The notes below the pieces were generated by a model. It searched no databases. It was not told the origin of the DNA and was given only the letters and a program-made list of their open reading frames with translations. From Selaginella moellendorffii (lineage: Eukaryota > Plantae > Lycopodiophyta), in NCBI RefSeq assembly GCF_000143415.4, contig NW_003314329.1, positions 577,421 through 641,420 of the forward strand: a stretch of 64,000 nt of DNA. Direction: 5' to 3'. The translations under genes were made by a program, and so were the position numbers. Shown piece after piece: positions 11,367 to 23,041 of the stretch. The first letter of the stretch is position 1; the number at the start of each line of letters is the position of its first letter.

Positions 11367-14300
11367 ATGGTAAGTCTTTTAGGCCAAGTAGAAAATGGCA
11401 TGAGGCCACATGCCATTCAGTAGCAACATTGGCATGCACCGATTGGGCTCTCGAGTGCAGTCCGGTTACAGATGGCGTGTAGCCTCACGCCATCTTAGGA
11501 TGCAGCCTCAAGACATCTGATGTAGTGGTGAATGGCATGTGGCCTCACGTTATTTCCAGCTGCTAGCTTTTCATCTGTCAGCTCTAATTGTTGTGCATTT
11601 TTGAACAGGCAAGGAATTGCGTTCTTCTTCCAGCCACTGTCAATGTGGATGCAGAGAAGGGGGAGGAGCTCACCAGTTGGACTTTCGGGATGGAAGGCAA
11701 GAATCTGAGGCTGTACAACACAGATGGTGGGAGAAAAGAATGCATGGGGATCCTCATCCAAGTGATAGACACTCCATGCAGTTCCATGCAAGAATATGGA
11801 CTAGCACTTGTGGTAGAGACAGCGTCTGCCTTCAAGATCCACCTTGCACATCCTAGCGGCTTCCCGAAGGGGGGCAGCGGCTATGAGGAATTCCTAGAGG
11901 GAGCTAGGGAGAGGTTGTCCAGGAGGCCCACAATTTCAAAGACGCTGCGGGTCTATGAAGATCACATGGAATCCACGGACCTCACCTACGGCGATGTTCA
12001 AAAACTATATTCCAACATTGAGCCATTGAGAGTGCCTCCAGTTCGCAAAGCGAAGGGGAAGGGGGTCGATCTGGAAACTACCCCGAAGCAAAAAAGGGTG
12101 GTCAAGCTCAAGCCGACGTCCGACTCTCCTGCTCCAAAAAAGAAGCTACTCGGTGATGCCATTGCCTTGGGTTCGAACACTACACCCACCAAAAAGAAGA
12201 GCCGCAAAGAGCAGAAAGAGCAAGAAGAGGCAGCAAAAATCATCGCAGATAATAGTACTTGTTACTATTCCAACAAAGTATATACAATCGACGTGAGCCG
12301 TATCGACATCCAAAGCAAATACAACCACAGGCTAGTATCTGATGAGTGGGTGGAGAAACTGAAGCAGAAGATGCTGGCAAGTCCAGTAACACCCGACATC
12401 GCAGACGTGATGTCCTACTATCGAACAATGAAGGGCGAGACGAGGTTTCCAGACTTGATCAATAGGAAGATGTTGGACGATCAGAACATCCGGTTCTATG
12501 CCGTCTCCGGGCAGCATTCTAGCTTGGCGATGCAAGAGATAGCTGTGGATATTATGGTGGGCGAGGAGGTGAAGAAAGTCTTCAAGACAAGAGTTGTCCG
12601 CCTGATAAAAGGCAACTCGCCCCTCCGATCTATCATATACATCTCCCATGCACAAAATGTCAAGCAAGAAACGTGCTACAAATCGGGACTGCATGATACA
12701 TTGGCACGAACACGGAAGCTCTGGGTTCAACTGAAGAAGCCACAAAAACCAGGACAAGGACGTGCACTAGCAACTAGCGCCTGGCAGGTAAGGCTCGTTG
12801 CATGTGGCATAGCATGTGGCCTCACGCCATTTCCATTGCAGGAATTCTCGAGTCTTCTCTCGAAAACACTGGGGGTCAATGACACACTCAGCATCCATAA
12901 CATTCTACTCGCGACAAAAGTTGTTTTTGACAAATGGGTAGATGTGCTGAGGAGGTACCATGACGGGGAGTTGCTAAACTCAATGGGTGTAGAGGACGGC
13001 CGGAAGCCCAATGATTTGAAGCTCAACGCCTTGTGTTTCTCGCGGTCTCTAAACAACGACGACCTTCTGACAGTGGCTAATGCTCTTCTACGTGGTGAGG
13101 TAGTCTTCAACAAGACCAAAATGACTCCCGGCCATATTGTGACATACGAGGACTTGTGCACGACTCTGAGAGCTCGTGCGCTATTGAAGGATTGGATCTT
13201 CGAGCAAGTGGCCGTGGAGAGCGTGAGCATCGACACCACACAAGAGATGATGGAAGAGCTGGAGTTTTCAAATGAAGACATCGACGAGTACGTGAAGGGG
13301 GCCCCCAAGTTCATCGATCTGCTGCGGGATGCCACGAAAAGTAAAGCTGAGAAGTTGGATCAGTATCCAAATTTCATTAAGAGGGATGTCGACCGCCGGC
13401 TTCAGAAACAGCTCGACCCTGCAGTAGAGGAGAACCTTACCGGGTATACGTGAATTCGGATGAGGATCAAAGGTGGAGGAGCATCGTTTCCTGCGGAGAT
13501 GAGCAGGTCAAGAACATTTTTTGTGTGATGGACTTCACAAACGAGGAGATCACTCATGCAGGCAAAGTCAACTCCATCATTGACTTAATGGTGGGACTTG
13601 CAGAGGTGGAATCTTCAGTCCACTATATGATCTAGGACTCCGAATCCTATCACAAGTTCTGGAAGGCCTTGAATGAGGTGAAGGCTCGGTTGAAAGGCAA
13701 GGAGATGCGGGAGATCCATGGGATAATGGCTAAGAAGAAGATACCGACGAATGTCTGCATCTTCACACTCGCCCTTGTTATTGGTCCTGCAGCAAAGTGG
13801 GACTGGAGTGACTTCCCAGCTTCATTCGACAAGGCCGATCGAATTGATCTGAGGGAGGTCAATTTACCCGTGCCTGAGGAACTGAAGACGGCTATGGAGC
13901 TTTCAAATCCAGAGAAAGCTCCAGGTGCAGCATGGGAAATGCTCAGCTGGGTCTTCAACGCAATAGCGGGTGGGTCACCTGCTTCCGACTCCAAGGGCAA
14001 ATGCGTTATCGAGTACAACTGCGGCAGACTATTCTTTCGAGCCGCACTACTCAAGGGTGTCCCGTGTGTTGCAGTGACAAACTCCATTGAAGAGGTGACT
14101 TCAATGGAGCATATAATTACAGTTGCCAAAGAAAAACAGTATCTTCTCTACGAACCTGGTGAGTACGCACTTTAAGTTTAAATGTTATCTCACAAGCTCT
14201 GTACGTAGGAGCGTGGCCACCCCCAGATGCTGAAACGGCGTTAACAGCTACTGTTGAAGATACCCATGTTGGGCCAAGCTCACAACCTGCACAAGGTAAG

Positions 14301-15215
14301 GTCACGTGAGGCCTCACGCCATTTTGATTATAAATCGTTGTGAATATTCAGACACGAGGACTGAAAAGCGCACTGGTGGCGCGTCGAAGAAGGACAAACA
14401 GACAAGCAATAGGATAAAAGGAGGTACAAATTATATTTGCAATGGCGTGTGGTCTCATGCCATTCCTTGCAGGAGACACTTCTTCAAAGGCAAAACAGGC
14501 AAGCACCAGCCAAGCTCAAACTGACAGCGGTCATAAAAAGTGAAAGCACGTTGGACAGTCGTCGGGATCAGAGGCGTTTGATTCGAAAAGGAAGAAGGGC
14601 AACAAAAAGATGATAGGTAATGCCTCACGGTTATAGCGTGTGTGCTCATGCCATTCATTGCAGATCAAGGGCTGAGTGAAAGCAGCTAGTCACCACCTCC
14701 TGACTCAGATTCCTATGGCGGACTCCCCTTCCCCAATCTCAATGGAGAGGTACAATGGATGAGGGATGCTTTTCAAGTCAGGGCCACATTTTTCTCATCT
14801 CATTGTCTTCAAAGGGTGCAAGAACGTGCAGAAACCATGTTAAGACAGTCGGGTGAGGATACGGTCCTAGGTCACGCACTAAAACAGGCTATGGATGTCT
14901 TGTATTTTGAGATGGAGACTCGGCCAGATGATTTTCCCAAGATGGTCCTGGAAGAACAAGCCATCCGGCCTAAGCAGCCTATGGAAGAAATGCAGAAGGG
15001 GGATGAGGAGCCAGAGAAAGATAATGAGCAGGAAGAGCAGAAGGACGAAGAGGAGGACAAAGAAGAGGAGGACGAAGAAGAGGAGGACGAAGAGGACTTG
15101 GATGGTCCTCACAATGGTGACGATCACAATAACGACGACGACAGTGATGACGATGATGGCCAGCCTGAGGTGGCCAAAGAGCAGCGGAGGAAGGTCATAC
15201 AAGACAAACCATCAG
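11367..15215 (+). pseudogene. ParB/Srx-like domain protein with degenerate amino-methyltransferase-like region and acidic tail (multi-exon, disrupted)
   Basis: ATG 11367 then intron 11370-11608 splices in frame into ORF 11588-13453, with a further in-frame intron at 12788-12841. ParB-like features: 'YTIDVSRID..HRLVSDEWVEKLKQKML..FYAVSGQHSSLAM'. After an apparent frameshift (~13450) and a TAG (13633) comes 'EKAPGAAWEMLSW..KGKCVIEYNCGRLFFRAALLKGVPCVAV', resembling the C-terminal SAM-binding part of beta-class MTases. The 3' end is uncertain. Confidence 0.6.
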
Positions 15216-16104
15216 GTAAATAATAGTACATCCATTCCTAACCTTTTACCATTTCTAACATTGTCCATATAGGTCGCAGAGCAAATCGTAAGTAGAGATT
15301 ATTTAGTTGAATTAAGATACAAACTCTAGCCTTTAGTGTCGAGGAAGGATAGTGTCAAGCAAGGGTCGAAACGTATGTCCAATCCTTCAGAATCAGCAGT
15401 GCGCCCAAGTGATATCGGTCCTAGTTCCTCAATAGCAGTTGATGGTAAATACAGTATAGTCGATTCAATGTGCTAATGAGTTTGTTTTTAGTAGCTAGTA
15501 GGGAGGATACCATCTCAATCGAAGGGAGATATTTGGACATGAATATGGATCCGCCAGTGGACTCTACTTGCCTGCAAGAGTCATCAGAGCTGGTGGAGGC
15601 TACTATCCATATCAACGCCAAGCAAGCTGACCACGCTCCACTTGATGCTGCCTATACCACTGAGTCAATCTTGTCCACGTATCCAACTGACGGTGACCAG
15701 GCGCCATTGGACCCGCATGAGGCCGCCTCAGCCGCCGAGCCGGTCATATCCTCATTTCCAAAGGACTCAACATGTGCCCAATCGTCTGACTACGCGCCAT
15801 TGGAACCTCCCTACACCGCCCCTGCTGCCTGTTTGGTCATGTCCACTTTGCCAACGGAGGCACCAGCTGAAATGGCGTGTGATCACACGCCATCGGAACC
15901 ACCCCATGCCACTGTTGAGCCAGTTGTACCAGAGTCTACAGCTGAAATGGCATATGCCCACACGCCATCGGATGCGATTGACCCCACATTGCAGAGGAGA
16001 GTATTTCCGCCCTTCACGTTTCCTCGACCAAAACCCTCTCAACGACCATCAGGAGCACCATTCGCTAATATTGTAGATGGTAAAATTGACTTGTACCATT
16101 TTTT

Positions 16105-16965
16105 ATGCCGACGCATTTCATTTCAGAGTCACGGCGAAGGTACTGTATCGTTTTTGATCTGAACGGTGTCCTTTTCTCCCATGAGCGTGGCTCGTCCTCG
16201 AATGTCACTGCACCCTCCAAAGCCTGCAGTCGCAAGTTAGTCAAAAGAGACAGATTCACATTAATCACAAGGGAGAAACTGCGGGATCTAATAATGACCA
16301 TGCGACACTTAAAACAGAGGGCCGGGTTCAATTTGCAATTGGGAGTTTGGACATCCATGATGCACCACAATGCATTAACATTGCTACAGATGATGCACGA
16401 TCAGACGCGAGTAATATTACCATTTGACTTTCTCCTAACGCAGGAGGATTGCTTAACTATGGTCCATGTGAGGGGTAGCAAGCCCATTTTCGTCAAGCCA
16501 GAGGCTGTAGTGATGAACCAGACTGCTAGGTCAAGTGAAATCCTCATCATCGATGACTCGCCGATTAAAACTGCAGCGAACACGCACACATATGCAGTGC
16601 ACCCCATCTCTTGCAGTATGGAAACTAGGGAGAAGAAATCGTATGTTCTGGGGGACCTTGCAAAACGGCTTGGAGTGATGGTGATAGAGAACTGGCCAGT
16701 CCAGGAGGTGGCTGCAGAAATCAACCAAATGGCAGATGGAACGGTATATCAGAAGCCATTTGATCGGACAGACACCAGTCATCATTTATGGCATGCGCAT
16801 CTCCATAATCTGCTCAACCAGATGGGTTCTTCGACCACTGAACATGAGCGTGGACGTATTAGAGAAGAGATGGCATTACTATTGGGTTTAAATCCTGATA
16901 GTGTGGAGAGTGATGAAATTCCAAGATTATTGTATAGGCGTTGGAGGCAAAAAATAACAGTCTGA
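16105..16965 (+). CDS. FCP1/SCP (NIF)-type HAD phosphatase-like domain, probably the 3' part of a longer gene
   Basis: Motifs 'CIVFDLNGVL', 'LGVWTSMM..NA', 'KPIFVK' and 'ILIIDDSPIK'. Confidence 0.8.
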   Translation: MPTHFISESRRRYCIVFDLNGVLFSHERGSSSNVTAPSKACSRKLVKRDRFTLITREKLRDLIMTMRHLKQRAGFNLQLGVWTSMMHHNALTLLQMMHDQTRVILPFDFLLTQEDCLTMVHVRGSKPIFVKPEAVVMNQTARSSEILIIDDSPIKTAANTHTYAVHPISCSMETREKKSYVLGDLAKRLGVMVIENWPVQEVAAEINQMADGTVYQKPFDRTDTSHHLWHAHLHNLLNQMGSSTTEHERGRIREEMALLLGLNPDSVESDEIPRLLYRRWRQKITV

Positions 16966-17407
16966 GATGGCATGTATTTATTTAAAAATGTAACTTATTA
17001 TGGCATGGGGTTCCATGCCATTGTATTAATATTAAAAGACAATTTTTTGAGAGGATTTGCATTATACTAGAAGTGTTACAGCATGTTATTGGAAGTCTAT
17101 GAAGTTCTTTTATTAATAAGGGGAAAGTAAAGATTGAATGGGGACTTGGGCTCCACCTAGACTCGGAGCAACTGAGCCAATATTAAAAGGATGGAAAGAA
17201 ATTGGACGACGATGACAAGGAGAAGAAAGAGGTGAAGCAGTGGCAGGGGGAGGAGAAGTGATTGAGTAGACATTTCCTTGTTTTAAATAAAATGGCATGT
17301 GCCTCAATGCAGTTGAATTTTGTTATATTTATATACTATATAAAGGTTTGGAAACCTTATTTTACAAGTGGGATAATGACAATTCCCACTTTAACGAAAT
17401 AGAGCTT

Positions 17408-18043
17408 CACTGTAGTCCTCCCCCTACTATACTTTTGGAGCTCACCAAACCCCCCAGGGTCTGGGAGATGAACACTTTGGGCTTTCACCCTCTCAGACCC
17501 GAACTCGAACTCGGACTCAGACTCGGACTCGGGCTCGGTCTCGGACTCGGGCTCGGGCTCGGTCTTGGCCTCTGCCTCGGTCTCGGTCTCGGTCCCGGTC
17601 CCGGTCTCAGTCTCGGTCCCAGTCTTGGTCTCAGTCCCGGTCTCGGTCTTGACCTCGGACTCCATCTCGGGTCCTTCTCGGACTCCATCTCAGATTCCAT
17701 CTCGGATTCCATCTCATGTCCATCTCGGACTCCATCTCAGACTCCATCTCGGGTCCATCTTGGACTCCATCTCAAACCCTAACTCGGGTCCATCTCGGAC
17801 TCCATCTCGGACACTTCCACGTGTCATGTGTTGGTCCTTTTCGGTCCCTTTTTGGAGCTTTGCTTATTGCTCGCTTCATGCTCGTTCCTTGAGCACTCCG
17901 TCGGGAGTTCCACTCCCGCTCTTGACCTTTCAAGTCAAAGCCTTTTAGTCCAAACGTGTTACGTTCGTTTGGCTTTTGCTTTGGCCATTACCACGTGGCA
18001 CCCTTTTGGCTCCACTTTGGGGCTTAGGGATTTGTGCCTCACA
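17408..18043 (-). mobile_element. LTR fragment (5' part of the LTR, reverse orientation)
   Basis: Reverse complement of ~3104-4078 with a shorter array, ending ...TGTGCCTCACA at 18043. Confidence 0.9.
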
Positions 18044-19788
18044 TTACACAGAGTTAGCCACCATTGTTGCTCTTTTATCCCCATTTATCCTTTAAGGTTC
18101 TAAAGATTCACAATGACCATATATCTAAATTTCATTCCATAATCATATATACTACACTCACCCCCACTCAAAGATGTCAATGTTGTCATTGATTATTAAG
18201 GAATAACTCAATATGTATAATTTCAAATTTAAAGGTAGAAATATACTTTACTCAAATGTCTAATCAATAAGAATCAAACCTCTATGAATTGCTTTAATAC
18301 CACATATAACACACCTTAACTATCTTCCCTTAAGCTAATTAAAAGTGGAGTAATTACTTGTTAATGGCTATTTTATCCTGCTACACTAACGAAGGCAAGT
18401 ACACCAGAGGATGTGTACAAACTCCTGTATGGCAGGTGTGGATACAAAGACTGGACCCGAGCTGGAAGTTGTCAATCTTGTTCCTTTGTGATTTACAAAC
18501 CCATGCCAGCATGACCCGTCACCACTCCAGACTGCTGAATTCTTAAAGGGTGACGTCACACATACTTTTTCAGCCTCTCGTCAGCTTGATCCTGGGACTC
18601 GGAGCGCAGGTGGAAAACGAAGTGTACCTGTCGTCGACTGTGATGAGGACATTGGAATCAGTAAGCGATCACCACTGCCATTGAGAGGCCAGCTTTCTTG
18701 CCGTCACTCGTCATTATCTCTGCATAGCAAGGCAAGAAGGATTCCGTGACCAAAGGAAAACGACGAGGTCATACATTCCCAATGTCCTAAGGGCACGTCG
18801 CCCGCCTACGCTCGAGGTGCCAGCAATGTGAACAAATAGAAATGGTCCCAGATGTCGTGTGGGAGTGTGAGATTGCGCAAACAGTGTGGAACAGGTGAGC
18901 TTGGGTGCAGAACCACAACCACTTTGAGCCAGTCTCGACAGTGATTTCCTCCTGGTGGAGGATGTCCCTTTGGTTCATGAGCCCAAAATGGCTGCCATGC
19001 TGTGGATTAATGGCAATGAGGACCCTTAGATCGACCTTACGGTGGAACTGGACAATGTGGCAGTATGACATCGCTGCCCTACTGGGAAACCGTTCGTTAC
19101 CAGGAGTTTCCAAAACGCTATAGTCCGCCTCCACCCTGAGTTCGACCACATCGGTCCTATAGCTTTGGCACCTCCACTCGTGCTAGTTCTCGACTAGTCA
19201 TAAGCCCATTGCAGAATTCTTTCACCTGATATGTGAAGAAACCATTCCCTCCTCTCTGGCAGGCCGTGGGCTCCCAGTCCAGGTCCTCGATGATGAGTCT
19301 CCAGCATCCGTCCCCATCCCCCATCAATCCGTTTGGGCAACTGGCACTATCCTCCCTTCGACCTTGTCGTCCAGTACATCCGGCATCTGTTGAGCTTCGC
19401 CTACAAGAATGCCCCCCACCACTCTCAGCGGGCGACCAGTGTTTTTCTCCGGCAACATCGCAAACCAGAATTCTAATCTTCCCAAGCCGGCACAGGGGCT
19501 GAGAACACGCCTGCTTCCCTCTCAGCTCCTCAATAAGCACGTCTCGCTGGATCGCTACAAAGTCCCTTTCCTGTAAGCAGCGCCGCCCCCTGTCGGGGCA
19601 GAAAAAGATGATTTCTTGCAGCATTTTGTGGGTGCTGCCGTGCCAGTTTTTTATGTCGTGCCACTTTTTTCTGACGAGACGAAGAGTTTCAGTCTACAAT
19701 GGTCAAATCGACAGCGTGCTTGGCTACGGAATCGTGAAAGAAAAATCCAGTCTTCAAACAGTTAATCCCAAAGCTTTCACTGGATCGC

Positions 19789-21738
19789 TCAAACAGTGAG
19801 AGTGATATCACCAGTGAGAATGAAATGTACTGGCCTCATGCTGGGTCTTCTCGCGGGATTAAGATCCACGCACATGAGCGCGGTCTTCAGAGCTCGGCTT
19901 GCCTCTCCAGCGTCGAAGTCCCCATTTAGTCTGAAATCCACTGTGTCCAAAAGCCGGTTGTCCATGTAACAGTCTTGCACCCATGGAAGCAGCAAGCTCT
20001 TCCCTGTGTTGAATTTGGTCACCACCTTTCTCCCACACACCACCTCGAGCGCCACCATTCCAAAACTATACACGTCCGTGGTTGGAGTGAATGAAAACGT
20101 TTGGAAGATCTCCGGAGCCATGTATCCGAGCGTTCCAGCAATGGTGGTCGATTCCATGTTGTCAGCTCTATCACGCTCCAGTGCTCGAGCGAGGCCAAAG
20201 TCTCCCAGTCGGGCATTGAAGTCCGCGTCAAGCATCACGTTGCTACTCTTGATATCTCTGTGCACGACTTGCTGATCCCAGTCTTCGTGGATGTAGAGAA
20301 GCGCCGCTGCGAGGCCGCAAAGAATTCTATACCTCACCTCCCAGGGAAGAACGGGCTCGTCGGGATCGAAGAGAGCTCGATCGAGGCTCCCGCGAGGCAT
20401 GAAGTCGTAGACTAGGATGAGCTCTCGCTTTTGCTTGCACCACCCCCGGAGCTTGACGAGATTACGATGGCTCAGCTGGCTGATGATTTGCACCTCGGCA
20501 AGAAACTCTCGTTCGCCTTGCTGTGAGTCTTTGGAGATCCGCTTCACCGCTACTAGAGACTGATCGTTCGGAAGCACACCTTTGTAGACGCTGCCGAATC
20601 CGCCCCGGCCGAGCAAGTTGTCTTTGCTAAAGTTGTTTGTTCCGGCGCTCAGATCTGCGTATGAGATGCTGTGAGGGAGCTGGACGAGATCGTTTTCCTG
20701 CGCCTTTCGCCTCCTTGAGAGCGCTACCAAGGTTGTCACTCCAATGATTCCGAGCAAAACTAAAAAAGCTGACGACAATGAAGATCCAAGTATGATTGCC
20801 CGAGAAGTCTGCGTGTCACCTCTGCTGCCAGGATCCTCCGTCACCGGGAGGAAGAGCTCGCTGCTATCAAACTTCCACGACAAGATCTTGTGGAAGTCGA
20901 TGTTTTTCGATCCAGATCCAGCGGAGAAGCCCACGAAAGTATTCTCTTTTGAAATGATGGAGCATATATCAAAGCTGTGCTCCAGGACCAGGCTTCCAAC
21001 TCTGGTCCTCGTCACGTTGTCCGAGACGTAAACTCGCAGCCTCTTAGCGGTGGCGTTGTAATCGATCCTAGCAGCCATTGGAGCTCCGGAGCCGAGAAAG
21101 ACCTGGAAGGGATAGAGCGAGCTCGAGCTGATGGATAGCATGCTGTTGAGATTGAGACCGACGTGATTGTTGTCAATGTCTTGGAACGCTGGGTACATCC
21201 CTGGCTGGTTTCGAAAGGTGTCAAACTCCACCGCTGCCAGATTGTTGGACGGAAATCCATTCGTGTTCTTGTCAAAGAGGCCCATCCAGCGTCCATAGCT
21301 CTCGTTCGAAGGCGCGGTCGCGTTCGGGGCGATGGTAAACGCAAAGCCATCGGCGTTGACAAGGTCAGACTCTTTCTTCTGGATGAGGAAAGTGAAGTCA
21401 GTCACGAACGAGGCCATGAATCCCGACGAGTTGCACAACTGAATGGTCTGCCTCCGCATTGCTCTTCCAAAGCTGAAGGTGCGATCGCCGGTGAGAAGGA
21501 GCGCTCCATTGCTTATGTTTGCATCTCCCGAGAGGATGAAATCCGCCAAGAATTCTGGGAAATTCTCATATCCAAAGCTTACCTGGCACTTCACTCCAAG
21601 ATTAAAAGCCGAGAAGAAGAGCAGCAACACCCAAATCACTCCGACCACCATGATTTCGCTTCTCGATACAACAATTAACTCAACTTCAGTCATTAAAACT
21701 CCAACTTGGTTGTACGTGTCGCCGAATGGTAGTTCCAC
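19789..21738 (-). CDS. L-type (legume) lectin receptor-like kinase, intronless; true start probably the internal Met near 21652
   Basis: Signal peptide, lectin motifs (ADGFAF, AVEFDT, NNHVGLNLN, VGFSAG), a TM helix, and kinase motifs GRGGFGSVYKG, VAVK, HRDIKSSN and DFGLAR. Confidence 0.95.
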   Translation of the reverse strand: MELPFGDTYNQVGVLMTEVELIVVSRSEIMVVGVIWVLLLFFSAFNLGVKCQVSFGYENFPEFLADFILSGDANISNGALLLTGDRTFSFGRAMRRQTIQLCNSSGFMASFVTDFTFLIQKKESDLVNADGFAFTIAPNATAPSNESYGRWMGLFDKNTNGFPSNNLAAVEFDTFRNQPGMYPAFQDIDNNHVGLNLNSMLSISSSSLYPFQVFLGSGAPMAARIDYNATAKRLRVYVSDNVTRTRVGSLVLEHSFDICSIISKENTFVGFSAGSGSKNIDFHKILSWKFDSSELFLPVTEDPGSRGDTQTSRAIILGSSLSSAFLVLLGIIGVTTLVALSRRRKAQENDLVQLPHSISYADLSAGTNNFSKDNLLGRGGFGSVYKGVLPNDQSLVAVKRISKDSQQGEREFLAEVQIISQLSHRNLVKLRGWCKQKRELILVYDFMPRGSLDRALFDPDEPVLPWEVRYRILCGLAAALLYIHEDWDQQVVHRDIKSSNVMLDADFNARLGDFGLARALERDRADNMESTTIAGTLGYMAPEIFQTFSFTPTTDVYSFGMVALEVVCGRKVVTKFNTGKSLLLPWVQDCYMDNRLLDTVDFRLNGDFDAGEASRALKTALMCVDLNPARRPSMRPVHFILTGDITLTV

Positions 21739-21899
21739 CTAATTGTAAGAAGTCGTGATAGGAATTCTTATAATAACGATACTAACAGTCAATCTTGAAC
21801 ATTTGGTAATGGCTAATTCGTTGCTAAGGAGTTTTTTTTTTCATTGCGCATGGTCTTGAAGGTTGAAGGAAACTCCTGGCCTGCGATAGTCAGTGATAG

Positions 21900-22210
21900 C
21901 CACGAGTTAGCATTTGGGATGCTTGCAGGATCGAAGTAGCCACAATCCCGTGCCACAGGGGTTTTGGCAAGATGGTATGACCAGGCGCGCTGGAAGAATC
22001 GATCCGGCACTTGAGACGTCGAGCAAGAAGCCCCAGAGCGATGGAATTGCGTGGAACGTTTTGACTGCGGTATTTGCCCAGGGGAGAAATGAGAAATCTC
22101 GAGCACTGACAGGCGGTCATGCTGGAAAGAATCCCACTGCGGGATCGCTTCTCCATATGCCTAGTCTGGGTCTCTGCGCTCGAGAAGCAAGGAAAGCAAT
22201 GGAAGTATGA
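21900..22210 (+). pseudogene. Degenerate PPR gene fragment
   Basis: 'DGIAWNVLTAVFAQG' resembles a PPR helix, and there is no long ORF. Confidence 0.35.
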
Positions 22211-23041
22211 GCAAACAGAAAAGAAAGCAAGGGGAAAAACAATTGCATTGCTCTGACATCTGAGAGATATTGAGCACTGGGAAAAACAGGAGGGCAACTA
22301 CATTGTGACGTCCAGGGCTTTCTAACTAATGAGAATGTTTGTGTAGGTCCTTGAAGTGCTAATTCTTTCTATGTTGACAAAGCGTGGACAAGTGGACGAC
22401 GTCCAGGACCAAAGTTTAAGATGCTTCATCTTTGTTTCCACAAAGATACCGCTGCTCATAGCTTTCCTCTCCAGGAAGCTGAATACGAGGCCTCCCAGCT
22501 GTTAATAGATCTAATAAGAAAAGAGATGGGGACATGAATTATTATGGCTTCATCCCAACACCAAACATAGATCCGGTCCGTTACATGTAAGTAACATTTA
22601 GCATACTTTTATTAGACTACTATAGCAAATTGGATTAAAATGTTTTTTGAGTTGATCGTAATCGTGATGAGTCCAAACTTATTGTAGGAAATGACCAAGT
22701 TGGACAACGAACGACTAGCCTTGTAAGCAGTATATGAATGAATGAATGCCAGAACGAGTATTTCCATTGAGTTAAGTAAACAAGGGTCCAACGTTTCCAC
22801 AGTGCGGCCTGATTTTTCTTTTTTCCCTTGGATTTGACTGTAGAGAAGCTGTGAGAGCCGGATTGTGTGCACCAAATGGAAAGGATTCCATTTTGTTTTT
22901 GCTTATTCCTCGTCCTACTTCCTCTGGATAGACGCACACTGCTCATAACATGGCTCCAGAGCACAAAACACTAACGGTTAGGAAGCTATAAAACAACAGG
23001 AAAAGCTTCGCTCAGAATATAAACCGGGTTCTGAAGAGACA

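Larger units (their letters stand above)
9806..17407 (+). mobile_element. Probable DNA transposon (left end lost) carrying a ParB-like/MTase-like gene and an FCP1-type HAD gene
   Basis: Sits between two LTR fragments with abrupt junctions. Its right end is shared with 2835-2858, and at least 12 copies of a 22-bp palindrome are spread through it. No transposase was seen in the retained part. Confidence 0.65.

Noticed and set aside
18340-19620. Fragmented minus-strand ORFs, perhaps an F-box/kelch relic
   Set aside because: No diagnostic motif could be identified with confidence.
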